Counted from the first letter of the whole stretch, positions 11,372 through 24,388 are shown. The stretch: DNA of 63,169 nt, filler included, from Licmophora abbreviata (GCA_900291995.1; 21 parts of 21 records of this genome joined end to end with filler, not necessarily neighbours in it); one strand, 5' to 3'. The notes: generated from the sequence alone by a model not told the origin. Translations and numbers: made by a program.

Positions 11372-14300
11372 GAGGCGAGCCGAGAGAATGCGATCGAAAT
11401 TTCGACTGATGTGATGGCTGAGGCCACGAACAAGATTGAGGCCAAGTGTGTGGAGAGCCCAATGACTGGGAAGTGCGTCATGGTATGAGTGACCATAAAA
11501 GAGAGAGCGATCCGTTTGATGAGTCCAGTGCTGGTCGGCCGCTGGAAGAAGGCCCCGTACAGCAAGCGAGCCAGACGCAAGTCGATAAGCATCTGCTGCC
11601 ATTGAAGTGGTGAAGGATGCTGGTGTCCAATTGGGAGCAGGCGGACACGGAAAAGAAGAAGAGTGTTGACCGAACAAGAAGGAATGCGCAAAGTGACCGA
11701 GGTCGCCTAAATGGCCGACCGTGAAAGGAAGAAGTTGGATGCGACTGGAAGTGAGCGCCGCAATGTCCATATGGCTGTTGGGATTGTTTGCACGACCCTC
11801 GAATTTCTGCTTCGCCGCTTGCTCATGCCTAGACTTAGCGGAAACCGCTTTGGGTGTAGGGGCAGTGAGCAAGGACGGAGTAGGAGGTGGTGGGATGGTG
11901 ACATCAATAGCGACATACCGGGAGGGGGTGAGGGAAGCCGCTGGGAGATAAGTGGGAGACAAAGTAACGCCCACGTCGGCAGGGCGGGAGTTGGAGTTTG
12001 GAATCAAGTGCGTGGGTTCGGAGGTGACACAATGGTAGGAGGAAGTATAACCAGCCAATGGACACAACTTGCGACATAGAAGAGCGATGGTGTCACGAAG
12101 TGTGTGGTGAAGAGGCGACTTGCTGGAGTGACGACACTGAAAGAGGTGGTCACCCAAAGGGTCCAGGGCCTTTCCACAAGTGCAACGTTGATGGAGAAGA
12201 GCCGGAGGGAGGCAGGGGAGACGAAGCTTGCGCTGAACAGCAATACGGTAGGTGGTATTGTCGAGGCGGTTTGCTAGAATGCACCGAGACGTCTGCGTGA
12301 GTGCAAGGCTTATCCACGGTGTGGTGGTGGCTTCAGCATTAGCCGATAAGGACGGTGTGGTGTGCAGGATGGTGTGCCGTGTTTGTCGAAAATGTTTGCG
12401 ACAAACGTCACGTTGGAGACCAGGTAAATTGAGGTGAAGAGCGAGACGGGACAAATGATAAGTTGGATCACCAATAGCAGGGTCTGGCCCTCGACGTGGG
12501 GGACGGATATGGAACCGGGCGAAGGCCGTGCCATAGTGGTGGTACAGCGAGAAGATGCGCGACGAAGGCGTTTGCCAAGTCGCGAGGAGATGGCGAAGGG
12601 ATGGGGGCAAGTGCGTAGGTGCATGCCCAGGGAGAATGACGCCATTAGTGGCGATGCGAAGGGAGCGGGTAACTGAAATGACAAAGGCGGGAATCGCAGA
12701 TACTGTAGGAGCTCGAAAACCAAGGCCCCCTAAGTTGGAGGGGAGCACTGCTAGGTGTTGCGCATGTGTTGGAAGGGAATCGGAAACATCCGCAATACGA
12801 GCCAGAAAGGAGTGAAGGATGGAATCGGCTCGGTGAACAAAGGGAGAGTGCCAAGCAAAAAGCGTCGGATCGGAAGGCGACGTCGAGGCAGCAATGGGAA
12901 AAGGGGAATTATGGTATACGTCGGTAGCCAATAAATGTGAAATTGTAGTCTGGAGACACAGCCTATAGATGGTAGCCTGTGTCTGTAAGTCGGGGAGTGT
13001 GCGCAGCAGCGCATTGACATAATGCATGAGGTTGTCTGCCTTTGTCTGTAGGAAGTTGTTAGCGAAGGTGCGACTACCTACCGGATGACCCAAGAGACGA
13101 ATGCCATCCACCAATTCCGCACCAGGAGAGAGTAGTGTTGTCGTTTGCACCAGGGCAGTAGCAATGTCAGGAGGGCAGTGCATATGAGAAGTGGGGGAAG
13201 CCCCATTTAGGCTTGAAAGAAACTTCGTCTTTGTGAAGTTCAACTGAATTCCATGGGGTGCCCCAAGCTCCGTGAAACGACGAAGAAAGAATGGTAAATC
13301 AAGCGTAGGGAGTAAAGCGATAGTGTCGTCCAAATATTGGAGAGAAGCGGATGGTGCAGCAGGGTGAGAAGAGGACGCACGCGTAGAGACCAAGGGGGCC
13401 CTGAGGCGTGCTCGAGTTCGTAACTCTTCGTGCAGAGGGCGAAGAACGGCGAAAAGCACAAGAGAAGCGTAGAAAGGTGCCATAGGATCCCCTTGAGCGA
13501 AGCCTTCCGGTTGCGTAAAAGAAGCCCACTCGTTCGTAGTGTCACGGTACCAACACGTGTTATGGGTGGCATAGATGAGATCAAAAAACGGAAGTAAGAA
13601 GGAGAAGTGTGCCTGCAACATGTCACGGCAGGATTGTCGAGAACACGCATTGAACATGTTGGTAATGTCCAATGCTAAAAGAGCAAAAGCGGAGGTGCCA
13701 GACGCCGAATCGTCATCAGAGGGTGTCAAATAGGTGGAAACAAACGCATGGGCTGTATGGACAATGGCATCCATTCCACCCGGAATCCCAAAGCCAAGTT
13801 GACCTTCCGTAATAAGAAGGCTTGCAAAGTCTTGACCATGGAGGTGCATGAGTAGCGCCCCAAGTACGCGGCGATAACTTGTACCGGCGCCAATTGGACG
13901 TAATTTAGAAGGATCATCAGGGTCTTTGTGAAGAGCAAGAAAGTAATTGCTTCGCAAAAACGTAGAAGCCAGTGGTGGGAGGTCGCCAGCAAATATAACA
14001 TCGGCAATGGCGATGAACGATGCTGCATAGGGATGAGTGGGTGCGTCGCCTGGGTTGAGTGGCGGCTCAGTGTGAAGAATCATGTCCCGAAGGACGTCTG
14101 TGTAATCCGCAAAAGGACCAGCGGCCGACCCACGTTTTAGCTTACGGCATGCCGAGAAGAGAGAATGCTGCGGTATTGCAATAGGAGACACGGGCTGCGC
14201 AATCCGTGATTGGGAGCGAGTGCGGGGACCAGGAGGAGAGTCCATATCAAAGCGCCTTGGATAACGGGGTGGGTAGAGGGGACTGATGAGCTCCAAGTTG

Positions 14301-15214
14301 GCAGCCGTGAGTGCCGCCACCGGCATGGTTGAGTTAATACGGGCCGCACATGCTGAGAAATTATCCAAGTCAGCTGCAGCTTGAGCGTAACGATTGGAAC
14401 GTGGACTGTATTCGTCATCAAAAAGCAAAGCATCGTCAACGTCAGTAGTGTCGCGATGATGAAGAGACGGAGGGGCGAGCGAGTAGAGGTCGGTGTATAA
14501 GGCGCGAATGGAACCGGATTTGAAGAGTTGGAGGCGTGCAATAACCAAAGCATCCAACGACCGTGCCGGGCGTGTCTTCCCGGGGTGTAAGACCAGTGCT
14601 TGGAACAAAAACAAAAGAAGAAACGGCAAATCCGAAGAACATTGAAAAGCCGGAACAGGATGGACGGAAGAAGGCGTGTCAAGGGGCGGAACTGTTTCGG
14701 CGCATGCCTGATGAAGGCGGGAGAGTGTAGAGTAAAGGGCCCGATGCGTCGTGCGTGAAAGCGAGTAGTAGATATTTCGGCGGATGTTGGGTGGAGACGG
14801 TGGGTGGACTGTCGTGTGAGCTTGAAGCCATGCAAACCCGTCAGCCCAAGCATTAGACATTGCCTCAGGGAAGTGTTGTTGGAAAATGTCAGACGTAAGC
14901 TGAGAACGAGTAAAAACATGAATGGCACGATGATGACTTCGTAAGCCAGAAGGGTGGAGATAAATAGTACTAGGATCCTTGTTAAAGAGGTGATTACACT
15001 GCTGACAGAAGGATAGAGGGCAGGAAGAAGGAGAAGGTAGATCAGCAGGACAATGGGTAGAATGGGCATCATCACTCCGAAGGTGAGATCGGAGGAGTTT
15101 AAGGCACTCCGTGCGACGTGTCGAAGCGGGTGAATGACGTGTGTCGGGCGTGGTCCAATTGCATGATGGAAAAGGACAACATAAGGACCCGACCGCAACA
15201 GGGGAAGGACTCAT
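11372..15214 (-). CDS. ORF2: C2H2 zinc fingers, reverse transcriptase, CCHC knuckle, restriction-like endonuclease
   Basis: CPFPSC..HLRSDDAH and CQQC..HHRAIH; KLRPIGAG, LDITNMFN, GFAQGDP, YLDD, GIRLLGHPVG, LGGLGF; CTCG..D..GDHLFQC; RPADV..AIDVT. Intact for about 1280 codons. Confidence 0.92.
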
Positions 15215-17482
15215 TCAACATTCGCTGCCGTCCTCAGGACCGATGCGGTCGGAGGCGGTAGCTGGGAACTGACTCGAGCAACGTCGCTAAAGAAACTAGC
15301 AACGTCCGCAAGAGTAAAATGAGGGGCAACCAAAGGGTGCTGTGCAACACCAAGCAGCAGCTGAGACGTGTCGCCAAGATCCGGAACTGGTGCAGAAGCA
15401 GAGGTAGGATACAACGCATCAACCATGCGCTGCAGATGAGCAAACGGAAACAAGGATGCAGTATTTGGGTGAGCACCAGTATGAGCTAGCGTGCAGAACC
15501 AGACCAGGTGAACAGGTGAAGCTTCCATTCGAGACTGAAGACGGCCCAACATAGCTTGATCTTGGGGAGTAATGTGCTGCCCACGAAGGGAAATAGGAAG
15601 AGAATTTTCTGGGGCGGAGAAGTGCGTGTCCGACTCCTGTGTGAATTGACTCGCTGGAAGAGAATCACGTGCCGGGGAGGAGGGAGAATGGTAGACATAA
15701 GCCGTATCCGAGTCGGCCAAAAGATCTTGAGAGGGTTCTGTGGACGTAACGTGGTCCGAAGCGTCATCGTCACAGGGGTCTACCGTCATGGGTGACGGAG
15801 AACGCGAGGACGTTACACCGGATGCTTNNNNNNNNNNNNNNNNNNNNNNNNNNNNNNNNNNNNNNNNNNNNTTAATTAATTAANNNNNNNNNNNNNNNNN
15901 NNNNNNNNNNNNNNNNNNNNNNNNNNNCATGGGTGGTGGCCTGTGCTGGTCGCACGGGTGGATCACGGTGCTCCCAGGAATCTGGTACCGGCGAGGCACG
16001 AGACGACAAGCCCGTGTCCGCGGTAGGGGAAGTGGTAGTTGTGGCAGTGGTTGACTTGCCCGAGGCGCCAGAAGGGCGGGTGCGGTCCGGCGTAACTGCC
16101 GTCGATGCCGGACGGGGACGCTTTAGAGCGGGCGGCAATCCCGGGGAAGCGGCTGAAGTAAGCGTAGATGTTGTGGCATTGTCATCATGCAATGTGGATG
16201 CGGTATCTCCCGGGCGCTGTGAGCAGAATGCCTCAAAGCGAGCCGTCCGGATGGAGCGTTGAACACGAAGAGAGCCACTGTTGCCCGGCTGAGTAGCCAT
16301 CTCATCGTAGATAGGGGGGTCATATTCCGACACCGCCGGAGGAAGTAACAAATCATGAGGGATGAGATCGCGAAGTGCATCCGTGCGACTCAGGCGAAGA
16401 GTGTCGTGGGTGACGTAGAACCCAACTTGGTAGCCGGAAGGGTATGCATAGTCAGGAGAGTAAGCCGGAGCCAGACATCGTACAGCCGCAATGCCAAGGA
16501 GGCGACGCACATCGTGGAATGTAGCAATTTGGATAGGTAGCGATCTCCAAAGGGTGTGATCCGCGTGTAATTGCGTGGCGATAGCGGCCTGAGTCGTAGT
16601 AGCAACAGCAATGATAGAGTGAGTCGATGAAACAGATTCAACACCCACAGGGATACCATAGAATTGAAAGGGATGATTGCCAACCAATGAGGCAAACAAC
16701 TTGAAGTGTGCCGCAGACTGGGCGTGAAGACCATAGAAGGGAAGGTGTTTGGGACCATAATGGGCCAAAACACGAACCCCAAGGACACGGTGAAAGTCAT
16801 AGTAATCCGCACCCAACGAGACAGTAGTAGCGGTATTCGTTGCAAGGGTTGTTAAAGCCGATGTGGTGGCATCCGTATATTGCTCCCAAAGAGAGTAGAG
16901 AAGACCCTGAAGAGCGCGATAAGATGTACCAAATCGAGGTGGCATTGGACCCAAGAGGAGTCCATACAGACGGTGTTCGAAGGTGTTGACTGGGGGCAGG
17001 AAGATATCCAAAAATGGCGCCCAAGGGTTGCCCGACGGAGGATTAGGACAAAACCGGCCAGAGGGTGGTGACGGATCCGACGGGTGGAAATGATGCCAGC
17101 GATTTGTCACAAAAGCAACGATCTGATCCTCAAACAGTTCACTGTCATATTGATCCTCGGTTGGGGCTGGAGCCAGAATGAATCTGTAGCGTTGACAATA
17201 GGTTGGGCGGGAAGAAATCGATTCCTGCTGAATCGGTCCGACAGAGACATCATAGACGTACGCAGTTGCGCAAGCCTCCTGGGATGCCGCATGGATGGCG
17301 AACGACTTGGCAATGATGGTCGTGAGGACGGCAGGGGTGAACTCTTCCTTGGGTGGCGAAAGTCCAAAACGGTTTTGAAGGTATACCCGGGCATCCAAAC
17401 AACGGAAGTCGGCTGGTCCCTCCGGCGGAGGTGGGGGAGGGAATGAATGTTGAAAGGGAGAGTAGGAGTCGGTAGAAGACAT
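15211..17482 (-). CDS. ORF1 of the CRE-like element, unknown function (spans spacer 15828-15927)
   Basis: Likely start MSSTDSYSPF at 17482, open to the gap; the 15211-15827 piece ends in a TGA overlapping the ORF2 ATG. Joining the two pieces is an inference. Confidence 0.55.
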
Positions 17483-18369
17483 GGTGGCAAAGAGCAAGAG
17501 AAGGCAACAAAGTAGAAGAGAGGGAAACAAGCGCCATCGACGACGAGTGTGAGACAAAACGGGAAAGGAAAGGGGAGTGACATCAGTTGAATCCTGTGTA
17601 CGTTCGGATATAGGTCTACAGAAATGAGGATAGCGTAGACGTAGGCAAGAAAAGGCAAGTATACAGAACCGGGGATGCCAAGGGTTGGCTGGAGCACCAA
17701 AAAATGGAGTCCCGGAAAAGCTGAAGCGGGAATTGAAACAAACCCATAAGTGGAGAAAACGACGGAACAAGTGAAGTCGTGGAAAGGGTTGCGTGCGGGA
17801 CTGGAGCATAGATGGTACCGCAATCCAGGAACGTTCGTGAGACACCAACTTAAGCAGGGGGTGTAAGGAGGATCTCCATCCTCGAAGAAAGAAAGTGTAG
17901 AGAAAACGTGTGAAGATCATCCAGAAGGGGACTGGAAAAAGTGAAGGAAAAGGATGAAGCCCATGGGTGGACAAGACAGGAAGGATAGGGCAGGAGGAGG
18001 TAGCTAGCGAAAAGTAGAGGAAGGGAACCAAAGCAAAGACAATGGGGAAAGGGAAGGTTGGGAGGGAAAGAGCAAGGAGGAGAATGAGAGGGGAGATGGG
18101 GGGAATGATGGGATGGGGGAGGGGGGGGGTGAGCAGAGGAGGACGTTTGGGATCGGAAAAGACCGAGAAATGGGGTAAATAATCCGAAGAAAAGAGAGGG
18201 CCACAGCTGTCTGCGGACGTGAGCGGAGGGGGGCCGGGGCCCGTGGGGCACACCGGGTACGGCATGAAANNNNNNNNNNNNNNNNNNNNNNNNNNNNNNN
18301 NNNNNNNNNNNNNTTAATTAATTAANNNNNNNNNNNNNNNNNNNNNNNNNNNNNNNNNNNNNNNNNNNN

Positions 18370-19636
18370 CCATTGTCTTAGGTGAGCCAAGCGACTTTTT
18401 GACCGGTCTCTTCCCGTCAGCCAACTCGCCCCGTCCAGTTCTCCCAGACATCCAGCTCGAACTGCGTACCTTCATGGAAAAACGCAGCGCATGCGTCACC
18501 GACGTACTGGCCTACAAGACAGCCTTCCCCGTCGGAGCAGTCGGTCCCATGTTCGTGACTTCGCTACTCAGCGGCAAGTTCACGACCGTCCCCATCCACG
18601 AAGTGGACTCGGTGGGAGGCGCAGGAACAGGACTTAGTATCTTCAACTATCTCCAAGCGACCACAGCGTCCGCCCGCTACAAGGAAGCGGTGGAAAACAA
18701 CAAGACCACAGTGAGGCAGGCCATGCTCGGCGAAAGCGACATCAACAGCACCAAGATGTCACTGTCGATCTTCTCAGGGGGGGAACAGTGGTCCCACGAA
18801 GACGTCCTGGCAGCACTGGCGAACACTCACGGCATTCTTACCTTTCTAGGGAATCCCCAGGCCCCGGCCGAACCGACCGCCTTCATCACCGAAGCCATTC
18901 GAGACATCTTCGGAATCATGGCTCACCCCAAGGTCGAAGCCGTATTCAATATGGCGGCCGAGCTCAAGCACGTCGCGCACTCCGTCCTGGCAGATATCCA
19001 AGGCCTACTGGCGGAACATGCTACGTTCGCAACCAGCGCGACCAACATAGCGGCGGTCATCACCGGCGATCAGATCGACTTCAGCCACTTCGCCCGGCTA
19101 CAAACACTCAAGGCGCAGCTTCAACGCCGACTCGTGGACAACTTCCGCATGGGACAGTTCCAACAGTACAAGGACCCACCGGCCTCCTGGAAGTTATTCA
19201 TTGGCAACAAGGAAACGGACGGCGGAACACCAGCGGGAGTCAACGGAAACCGAAGGGAAAAGGCCCCAAGACCCCAGGATCCGGCGGATCCGGCGGTAAC
19301 GAGCGGCGCAGCAATCCAGACATGGGCGATCTCGTCTTCACCGGCCCGGCCACACAGCGACCTCCCGCCCTGCGTCTCTCCGGAGACCGCCCTCTCCTCT
19401 GCCTCGACTGGGCATTCATCGGAAAATCGTGCCCAAAAGGTTCCAGCTGCGCCATGGCCCACAAATCCTACCCTAACATGGGCAGCGCCGCGAACAAGCT
19501 GGCCATGGAGAACTACGTCGCCAACAATCAAACGATCGAGTGGGCTCCACGTCACCGCCAGACTCCTCCCCGCCCAGTCACTTCAGGAGGCACCCCGGGA
19601 AGCTCGGGAGGACAGAGCGGCGGCCGACGTGGTTAG
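18370..19636 (+). CDS. gag-like ORF1 with CCCH zinc finger; frameshift near 19210-19260
   Basis: The globular part is in the 18399 frame. The finger CLDWAFIGKSCPKGSSCAMAH and the C-terminus are in the 18788 frame, ending at TAG 19634-19636. Confidence 0.6.
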
Positions 19637-19970
19637 TATACAACCCCAGCAGAGACCCGTAACTTAGCATTCACGATTACTCACATCTGAATTCGTCGCC
19701 TCTCGGCACTCGCACCTTAGTCACTTTCGACCCACTGGGGTTCTGCCTTGACGAATCTGAACCCGCCTCCGACTTATCCCCACGCCGACCTTCCGGAGCC
19801 ATCACTCCGGCCATGATCAGTGCACTCAAACAGGCGCAGCCACGGCCTCCTCCAGCGCCCGCCAACAGTCAGGGGTTTCGACGCACGACCAGCATCAAGC
19901 ACCCAGGCGCTCTCCCGCCCCGATTCACCCACAGCAAGCCTCGGTCGATCCGCCCGACACCGCACGATAG

Positions 19971-21789
19971 GCCCTCTACCATCAACTCACGGCGCCCAGG
20001 AGCGACCAACGCACAAGTCAAGCCAACACTCCCAGACCCCTCACTGGGAACGACTATTCAACCCCGCTATTGGTCCCACTCCCGCATACCCCAGGCGCAC
20101 GAACTAGCAAAACACAAGCCTTTGGTAAGAACAATCTCAATCAATCCTTTCTGACAGAAAAAATTCTCTCCCATGTGCTTCTCCCGCTCTACAAAAGTGG
20201 CTTTCTCCGCAGCAGCGACCGCGCACATCTCGCCGGTACCATCCCGGGCGCCGAGCAACTCTGGCTAGCATGGATGACCCACAAGGACACCGACTTCACT
20301 GCACTGCAATTTCCCGACCCCCACTGGGCGACACAGACCGACATCAACCGGGATCGGGTCGAACTCTTCCTCGCGTGCGCCCTCCACTATGATTTCGATA
20401 TGGCGGCAGTCTACCGCTTCGCCGGGGGCAACTACGTGGCCGCTCATCGAGACCCCGATCGAATCCTGGAAGACACATTTGGACTGATTGCCGAGGAAGA
20501 CTTCGAGCACCTCGGCCGCATACTACGGCTGGGCGCCCCTGCAAAATTTCGGGAGTACTGCACGCATGAGGAGTTCCAACTGTACCGCGACTATGGCAAC
20601 CATCCATCCCTGGAAGCCAACATCGACAAGGTTAGAAAGGCACTGGCAAAAGACGACGCGCGATGCAACGCCATATATTTACCTGGATGGGCGACAGCAT
20701 TCGTACCGGACATCATGCTCACACCCCTGGGATACGCCAATGATCGGTTGATTGTCGATTCGTCGTTCCAAGTGACTCCCGACAGCCGATCGTACAACAT
20801 GCGCACTGACAGCACAGCCGAGCCACGGATTCACTTCGGTGCAGCCTTACGGCGCTATTGGTACCAGATCTACAACCTGCGCGTCTCCTACCCCGGGGAA
20901 GAGATTCTCTTGTTCGACGACGACGTATCTGGCTGCTTCCGCCACGTGAAGTATAACCCTAACGTTATCTCCGCCAAGGCCTTCCAGGTAGACGGCTGGC
21001 TGGTAATCGCAACAGGACAGACTTTCGGCGACAGCACCAGTCCTCCCAACTGGGAACCACTGGCCCAGGCACGCATGGCAATCGCGCACGATCTGTCCCG
21101 CTCCGGCGCCCCCGTGCCGGCCTATGCTGAGTACCTGGACGCAGTCGAGTTCCCCAAGTCCGATGCCATCCCCGCAGGCACCTTCATCGCACCTGCAGCA
21201 CCCGACAGCCGCAATCCGGGAGTCATCGCCCCCGACGGGACCAGGCTTCCTACAGACTTCAACATGCATGTTGACGACAATCTCTACGCCAGCGTGGGCA
21301 CGCCCGAGCTCAAAAGGAACATGCGCGTTAGCATCGAAGCCCTGAACCGCGTCCTGGGACATCCGGAACCGCTCGCGCGCCCGAACTCAGTTGACCTGCA
21401 GAAGTTTCGCCGCGGCAATATAGGACCGACCCGCACCCAGCTGGGGTATCTCCACGACTCCCGTCGCCTCCGCGTCGGCATCCCCGAGGACAAGCGCCTC
21501 CGCGCCATTAAAAAACTCAAGCGAGATTGGGGACCACACCGGCGCTCATTCAGTCTCCTCGACGCTGCCCGGCTACTGGGGGACCTCCTTGCCCTCTGTC
21601 GTGTCTGCCCGTGGGCGATCTTCCTCTTCTGCACCCTGCACAGCGAAATCTGCAAGCTCTTAAAAACCAACAGTCGACGCATGATGCAATCTCCCGTCTT
21701 TCGGGACCTGGTCGCGGCAAGAGAAGCGGCCAGCCACGGTGGTACCCGCCATACCGCAACACTCCGCTGGTTCCACTCCAAAGTCGCCA
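19971..21789 (+). CDS. DIRS-type reverse transcriptase, partial
   Basis: DRLIVDSS, DDDVSGCFRH, GQTFGDSTSP, HVDD and LGYLHDS motifs. The frame is open from 19971 to the gap; the true start is unclear. Confidence 0.85.
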
Positions 21790-21889
21790 NNNNNNNNNNN
21801 NNNNNNNNNNNNNNNNNNNNNNNNNNNNNNNNNTTAATTAATTAANNNNNNNNNNNNNNNNNNNNNNNNNNNNNNNNNNNNNNNNNNNN

Positions 21890-22885
21890 ACGATCACGCA
21901 TCGAGTCATCAAATCGGACACCGTCAAGAAGTACCTCCGCGAGGCGGAGAAGCACGTCAGCTCGGGTCGGGAACGCCACATGCAGCTGGCACCCCCGTCC
22001 GCTCCCCGGCTTCTGTGGTCTCACCCGACCCTCGCCCTCGGCGAAAAACAACGGCACTCCAGCGTGGAAAGCGTCTTAACCGAACTTCGCCGTTTCGAGA
22101 AGCTTCCCAACAGGCGAGATCCGATGACCACCGATCTCGTCCTCCACCAACAGCAACAAGCCTCCGCGAACCACCCCCACTCTCTGGCGACGGCCTTGAG
22201 CGAATGGTTTGTCATCGGTCTGCACCTCGGACTCCGACTCCACGAGTGGGCACAGAGTCACGGTGTCCACGAGCTGTCACAAGTTTGGCACAACCCCGAC
22301 GGCACCCCGAAGGCATTCATACTCGATGATATCCGGTTCTTCGGCCCTCGGCGAAGCCGCATGACGCGTTCCGCGGCAATCGACGACCCCGCCGGCGTCC
22401 ATTCCGTCGACTTCCGCTTCCGCTACCAGAAGAACGGCGACAATGGTCAGCTCGTGATGATCGTCAAGAACCAAGCCCAACCCCATCTCTGCGGTGTCAC
22501 GGCGGCCATCCGAATCGTCACACGGGCCGTCGACCTGGTGCTCGCCCCCGACCACCCGGTCGCGATCTACACAACGGACGGCTCCCCCGACAGCGCCATA
22601 CAGTTCCTCTCCGAGGTTCATATCAAGGAGGCGCTGCAGGCAGCGGCCAAGCAGTGCTATAACATCACCGACCCGGAGGAACTCGCCCGGTATTCCTCCC
22701 ACTCGATCAGGGTTGGGGCATGCGTCGCTCTCCACGCCGCCGACCGGACACAGATGGACATCAAGCACGCTCTCCGCTGGCGATCCGACACCTTCTGGAA
22801 CTACCTGCGCCACTTGCCACGGACCGCCCAACGCGTCGCCGATGCAATCGCAAATTTCAATCCTATGAGCCTCTCGTGGGAATAG
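21890..22885 (+). CDS. Tyrosine recombinase
   Basis: IKSDTVKKYL core-binding helix; catalytic LGLRLHE (R), QKNG (K), HSIR (HxxR) and LRWRSDTFWNY (W, Y). Confidence 0.9.
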   Translation, partial: TITHRVIKSDTVKKYLREAEKHVSSGRERHMQLAPPSAPRLLWSHPTLALGEKQRHSSVESVLTELRRFEKLPNRRDPMTTDLVLHQQQQASANHPHSLATALSEWFVIGLHLGLRLHEWAQSHGVHELSQVWHNPDGTPKAFILDDIRFFGPRRSRMTRSAAIDDPAGVHSVDFRFRYQKNGDNGQLVMIVKNQAQPHLCGVTAAIRIVTRAVDLVLAPDHPVAIYTTDGSPDSAIQFLSEVHIKEALQAAAKQCYNITDPEELARYSSHSIRVGACVALHAADRTQMDIKHALRWRSDTFWNYLRHLPRTAQRVADAIANFNPMSLSWE

Positions 22886-23001
22886 TGTTTTATTACTAGG
22901 CATGATGAATTTCCAACTATCCTTAGTCGCACGCATTCTCGGACCGAGACATCAGCTTGACGGTTACCTTGGCACGTCGCACCGACCTGTGAGGGAGACC
23001 T

Positions 23002-23202
23002 TGATCGCGTCTCTATCATCACTGACGAAAATACTGATGGGCGCCCATTACAATACTCCCTGGAGTACATTTACATCCGCGATGCAGAAACGTCCAGTGC
23101 TCACTCTCGTGTGCGCCGAGAATGATCGTCTCTACCATCACTGTCGTAAAAAGTAATGGGCGCCCATTACAATACTCCCTGGAGTACATTTACATCCGCG
23201 AT
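23002..23202 (+). repeat. Direct repeat pair (identical 47-bp cores at 23037-23083 and 23156-23202, with diverged 5' extensions)
   Basis: ATGGGCGCCCATTACAATACTCCCTGGAGTACATTTACATCCGCGAT occurs twice, 119 bp apart, downstream of the YR. This is compatible with the split direct repeats of Ngaro/PAT elements. Confidence 0.85.
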
Positions 23203-24388
23203 NNNNNNNNNNNNNNNNNNNNNNNNNNNNNNNNNNNNNNNNNNNNTTAATTAATTAANNNNNNNNNNNNNNNNNNNNNNNNNNNNNNNNNNNNNNNNNN
23301 NNGGAGGATACGTAAAGCTTCAGCGCGAGAGCCAACGCAGGAGTCCATAGCGCTTTGCGGGATGGTGGAGGCAGCAGCAGGTAGCATTCCGGTCGTTCGT
23401 CCAAGACCTCTATGATCACAGTGAAAGGCTTCCTACGACGAAAACCAGGCCAGGGTCCTCTGGTGTTTGCGAGCAAGAAGTAGATAGTTTTCGTTTGCCG
23501 CCCCAAATTAGCCTTGGCGCGGACCTTCATGAGTCCCAGAGAGTGGTCCATGCTATCCAGCCGTGCACAAAAGTGGATTGTCGCACAAGACTGCGACTGA
23601 AGTGCTGTGGCACTTCAGACCATGGTTTCAACTTGTGATCGCCTTCGGGTAGGACAAGACTTAATCCTCTTATTTTGGAGGAAAAGAAAGACAAAGAACA
23701 ACATCAACATCATCAACAACAACAGCACGGGTTTAACTTTTTGTATTGAAACCGCGACAAAGAGTCATAACAATATCATCAGCAACAACAGTACGTGTTT
23801 CCCTGGCGAAAGGTATCTTACCAGTTCTTTACCACATACGTAAAGTTTTCGAAAGTGTCACTGGAGTGAAAGGAAGGGCCAGTGCCTACCACAAGATAAC
23901 AATCCCCGGCAGCGGATGTTTGTCATTTTACTCGTGGGTCAACAACGAGAGAAAACGCTGCCATTATTGCAGTTATTTTACACAACCTACCAAACTTGTT
24001 CCCACCAGAGGGTTTCGGGAGTCTCGTGGTACAGTTAACGGTGAGTTTGCCCTTGACAATCCTTTTCTATTCCTCATCTCAGGAATTCCTTGTAACTGCT
24101 ACTGCGCAATTTTCAATTTTGCATGAACATGTGTATCGCTCCCGCAGTTCTGGCAGTTCAATGGAGAAGTGCTGTCAACAGCCACAGTAAAGAAGAATCA
24201 CTGGGAATTGTGCACAAGATCAAAGCTCATCATACTAATCTATTCACACCCTAAAGCCTGAACCCAGGACCAGTTCGCCAGCTACGCCACAGGCCCATGC
24301 ATTTGAGCCTCCCCAAGATGATGAGGATGACTATGATGAGAAGTCACTGGAATCAGTTCATCAGGACAGAAGCAAGGGCTATGAAGAT

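Larger units (their letters stand above)
11372..18269 (-). mobile_element. CRE-clade-like non-LTR retrotransposon (ORF1 + ZnF-RT-RLE ORF2), split by a spacer
   Basis: ORF2 has C2H2 fingers, RT, CCHC and a PD..D nuclease. The upstream ORF1 overlaps it at ATGA. The next contig has the same strand, composition and a compatible open frame, so the join is inferred. Confidence 0.8.
18370..23202 (+). mobile_element. Tyrosine-recombinase retrotransposon 1 (Ngaro/PAT/DIRS-type)
   Basis: gag-like ORF with a CCCH finger, an RT ORF, a YR ORF after the spacer, and 3' direct repeats. Confidence 0.85.

Noticed and set aside
17483..18265. N-terminal 260 hydrophobic residues of the 797-aa ORF as a membrane protein
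   Set aside because: The Leu/Phe/Pro/Ser richness follows directly from the pyrimidine-rich sequence; it is more likely untranslated leader.
19200..19270. Programmed -1 frameshift in the gag of YR element 1
   Set aside because: GGGAAAA is present but not in the X_XXY_YYZ phase of the upstream frame. A single-base loss is the simpler explanation.
23037..23202. CRISPR-like repeat-spacer-repeat
   Set aside because: Only two copies, eukaryotic context, no cas genes, and the region between them is itself partly duplicated. It fits retrotransposon terminal repeats better.
23303..24190. Short ORFs and AAC/ATC low-complexity runs before the transposase relic
   Set aside because: No recognisable domain or consistent frame; probably decayed or intergenic sequence.
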